A stretch of 63,980 nt of DNA, counting the filler, from Peribolospora baueri (Eukaryota), in assembly GCA_029717555.1 (NCBI GenBank). It is 8 parts of 8 records of this genome, joined end to end, with 100 filler letters (N's around TTAATTAATTAA, not from the genome) between each part and the next. Parts side by side here need not be neighbours in the genome. Positions count along the whole stretch, not along the records: positions 53,255 to 61,557 come from JAMDHS010000188.1; positions 61,658 to 63,980 come from JAMDHS010000225.1; 6 more parts are not named here. One strand, given 5' to 3'. Shown here one piece after another: positions 61,509-63,980 of this stretch. Position 1 is the first letter of the stretch. Each line of letters opens with the position of its first letter. The notes beneath the pieces are model-generated. The model did not search any database. It had not been told where the DNA came from and saw nothing but the letters and a program-made list of their open reading frames with translations. The position numbers and the translations under genes are program-made.

Positions 61509-62169
61509 ATAGCTCGGTGAATCGCCTGCTTTTCTTGGAAAAGAGCTGGGGTATGTCNNNNNNNNNNNNNNNNNNNNNNNNNNNNNNNNNNNNNNNNNNN
61601 NTTAATTAATTAANNNNNNNNNNNNNNNNNNNNNNNNNNNNNNNNNNNNNNNNNNNNCGACCCTGGAAAAATCCGTGAGAGGCGGAGTCAGAGTTAGATA
61701 CGATGAGATGGATGGCTAGCGTGCGTATGTACCTTTGGTGTACTGAATTTACGGTTTATATGGACGTCATCTGACCAGAAGATGTTTCTTTCGTCACGTG
61801 TGTATGCAATTGCTTTCCCTTATTTCTCACGTCACAATCCACGTGCCCCTTGTTGCGGGCGCTACCTGCCACAGCCTGCGTGAGCGAACCAGTTGTCCGA
61901 CCGGCCTCCATACGGTCCATCGTCCCGCCTGTCAGCCTACGTTTTAGCGTCTTGTCGCATCTAGGCTTCTAAGCTATTATGCAGTCGCACCGTCGGTGAC
62001 ATGTACCGACGGCGCTTACATTTGACGGTGATGGATCGCTGATGTCTCCTCGACCCCTCCCTTCCTACCATGCATACAGTAAGCTACGGGAAAGCGAGCG
62101 ATATGAATCCGACTTCATGTCTCTCTCTATCCTCCTGCTTATTCTCCGTTCATACGCTGGCGTTATACT

Positions 62170-62398
62170 CACCGTATACCCGCGAGGGGCACCCGGACCG
62201 GGCCATCGTCTCAGCAACTTAGGCAACGCGCTACAAGCGCGTTTCGAGTGCCTCGGAGACGTAGACGATGTCAAAGCTTGTATTTCGATGCGGTGGCTAG
62301 CGGTCAACCTGACGCCTGTGGGGCACCCGCGCAGGGCTGAGCGTCTCCGCGACCTGGAGAACGCGTTTCAAACTCGTTTCAGTTCACAGACAGCGTAG
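62170..62398 (+). pseudogene. Fragment of TPR repeats of the TPR-CHAT type
   Basis: LSNLGNALQARFECLGDVDD...AVNLTPVGHPRRA resembles the units at 27520-28060. Confidence 0.65.
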
Positions 62399-62944
62399 AA
62401 CACCGTCTCAATTCACCATAGATGGGCAATTGGCAACTAATTTTGATTTGCCGGCTGGTGGTAACGCCGGTCTCTTAATGTCGGTTATACGAAGCCCTCA
62501 TCAGAGTTATAAGGGAAGACGTGCGATGAGGCAGGGTTAAGACAAGCCAACCAAGTGAAAGTCATCAACGACAGAGGCTAGTCGTTTTCGCTCAGACAAC
62601 CTTGTCAGCCGGCCTTGAGTGATTTGACAAGTCCGAAACCTCAGCGGGCGTTGCCTGAAAGGCCCTCTCGAGATCTGGTTGCTGCACTGCTGGAAAAAAA
62701 GACAGAGAGAAACAGAGGGAATGAACTCGGCGAAAAACCGTGGGTTGTCATAAAAGATCTGCTTGCTTTTGAGGGATGCCTTATATCCGGCCCGGCACCT
62801 CACTTTGGGCGGCGGTCTGGGCCAGAAGGTTGACGACATTGGGATCGTTGCGGCCTGCGGATCAAATGTTGTGATGTGATCACGATGCCGTCGGTATAGG
62901 ATGAGGACGTGGATCACGTTTGCCTAGGATACAGTGAACACGGA

Positions 62945-63096
62945 AGACGTCAACACCGGATCACTTGGTTCTCGCATCGATGAACAACGCAGCGAAATGC
63001 GATAATATAGATTGCAGAATTCAGTGAATTATCGAATTTTTTGAACGCAACTTGCCGCCCCTCGGCATTCCGGGGGGTATGCCATCCGAGTGTGTC
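62945..63096 (+). pseudogene. Degenerate 5.8S rRNA copy
   Basis: GGATCACTTGGTTCTCGCATCGATGAA.AACGCAGCGAAATGCGATAA...TTGCAGAATTCAGTGAAT.ATCGAAT.TTTGAACGCA, with substitutions and indels. Confidence 0.85.
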
Positions 63097-63282
63097 TCCG
63101 ATTTTCACGAACCGGTTGAGGCTTTGGATGTTTGAGCGCCTGCCGTTGACCGCGGCTCGCTCGGAATGCATTAGCAGGACCTTCCGCTAGACCAGTTCCA
63201 CTCAGTGTAATAATTCTTTTCTGAGGACGTTTGTCTCTGAGGGACGGGAGGTTGAGGGTAATAATGCTCGCTCCCAAACCCC

Positions 63283-63424
63283 CAATGTTAAGCGGAGGAA
63301 AAGGAACTAACAAGGATTCCCTTAGTAACGGCGAGTGAAGCGGGAAAAGCTCAATTTTTAGCTGACTCCCTTCGGACGTTCACGCTGTAATCTAGAAAAG
63401 CGTTTTCCGCCCGGACCGCATAAG
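63283..63424 (+). pseudogene. Degenerate fragment of the 28S rRNA 5' region
   Basis: AAGCGGAGGAAAAG.AACTAACAAGGATTCCC.TAGTAACGGCGAGTGAAGCGGGAAAAGCTCAA. Similarity stops after ~140 nt. Confidence 0.85.
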
Positions 63425-63980
63425 ATACGCAAGCGACGGGGGAGCGGTCGGACTAAAGGAAGGTCGACCGACGAGAACACAGAGGAGAGTGAAGTAGAAC
63501 AGCTGGAAGCTGTGCTGAATGTATGAATTGATACGAAAATGATGGAAGTCGTAATCCCCGATCCTCCAGAGAGGGCTCGGAGGGCACCTTTTATACTAGA
63601 CGACAGGAGAGAGACAACAAAAGGAAGGGGGGTGACAGAATGGATGATGGGGAGGAGACGAGGATGAGAAGGTTTGGTAGTAACGAAAGCAGCAAACGAA
63701 GGTGTACATGTCGCAGTCGGTGCAACGTCACTTCTCGTCAGCGCTCATGTGGGAACCATGTGAAGAGACGCAGGGCATCGCCGTCTACGCTTAAGTGTCC
63801 GAGTCCCGTCGTATGACCCTCCCTCCCTCCCTCCCTCTTCCACGACGTCTCGCCGCTCTGCATCAACCCGCACCACGTACCGCGCCTAGTGGCACCCCGG
63901 TGGCACAAGGATGCTCAAAGCTGGTGAGTTCCCGGCGGCACAAGGTTGCTCAAATCTTGCAGCGGCGGAGGGTTGTTCTG

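Overview
This window is eukaryotic DNA, most likely from a basidiomycete fungus. The evidence is short GT-AG introns, (TTAGGG)n telomeres, a Zn2Cys6 factor, DUF6534-type and TPR-CHAT-type proteins, and a Coprina-like element. It is not one locus. Eight short contigs (1-9159, 9260-18059, 18160-26945, 27046-35797, 35898-44627, 44728-53154, 53255-61557, 61658-63980) are joined by artificial N/TTAATTAATTAA spacers. Contigs 2, 3 and 7 carry ordinary genes: a PH-domain protein, a GH3 beta-glucosidase, an OTU deubiquitinase, a Zn2Cys6 factor, a GST, RPL26 and an NADP-dependent reductase. The other contigs are accessory or subtelomeric. Highlights: (i) a head-to-head pair of C2-NACHT NLR genes, one ending in TPR repeats plus a pre-CHAT-protease region, the other apparently continuing across the contig break into a 19-unit hypervariable WD40 array near a telomere; (ii) a telomere-polarised, endonuclease-less Penelope-like retroelement with a type I hammerhead ribozyme and CCCTAA repeats at its 3' end; (iii) an APE-type LINE with a TAA-ATG ORF1/ORF2 junction and a telomere-capped inverted fragment; (iv) two secreted precursor-like proteins; (v) relics of an NR-PKS, Vps35, a TPR gene and rDNA. 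All calls come from reading motifs by eye and no database searches were run. Exon boundaries are approximate unless stated.
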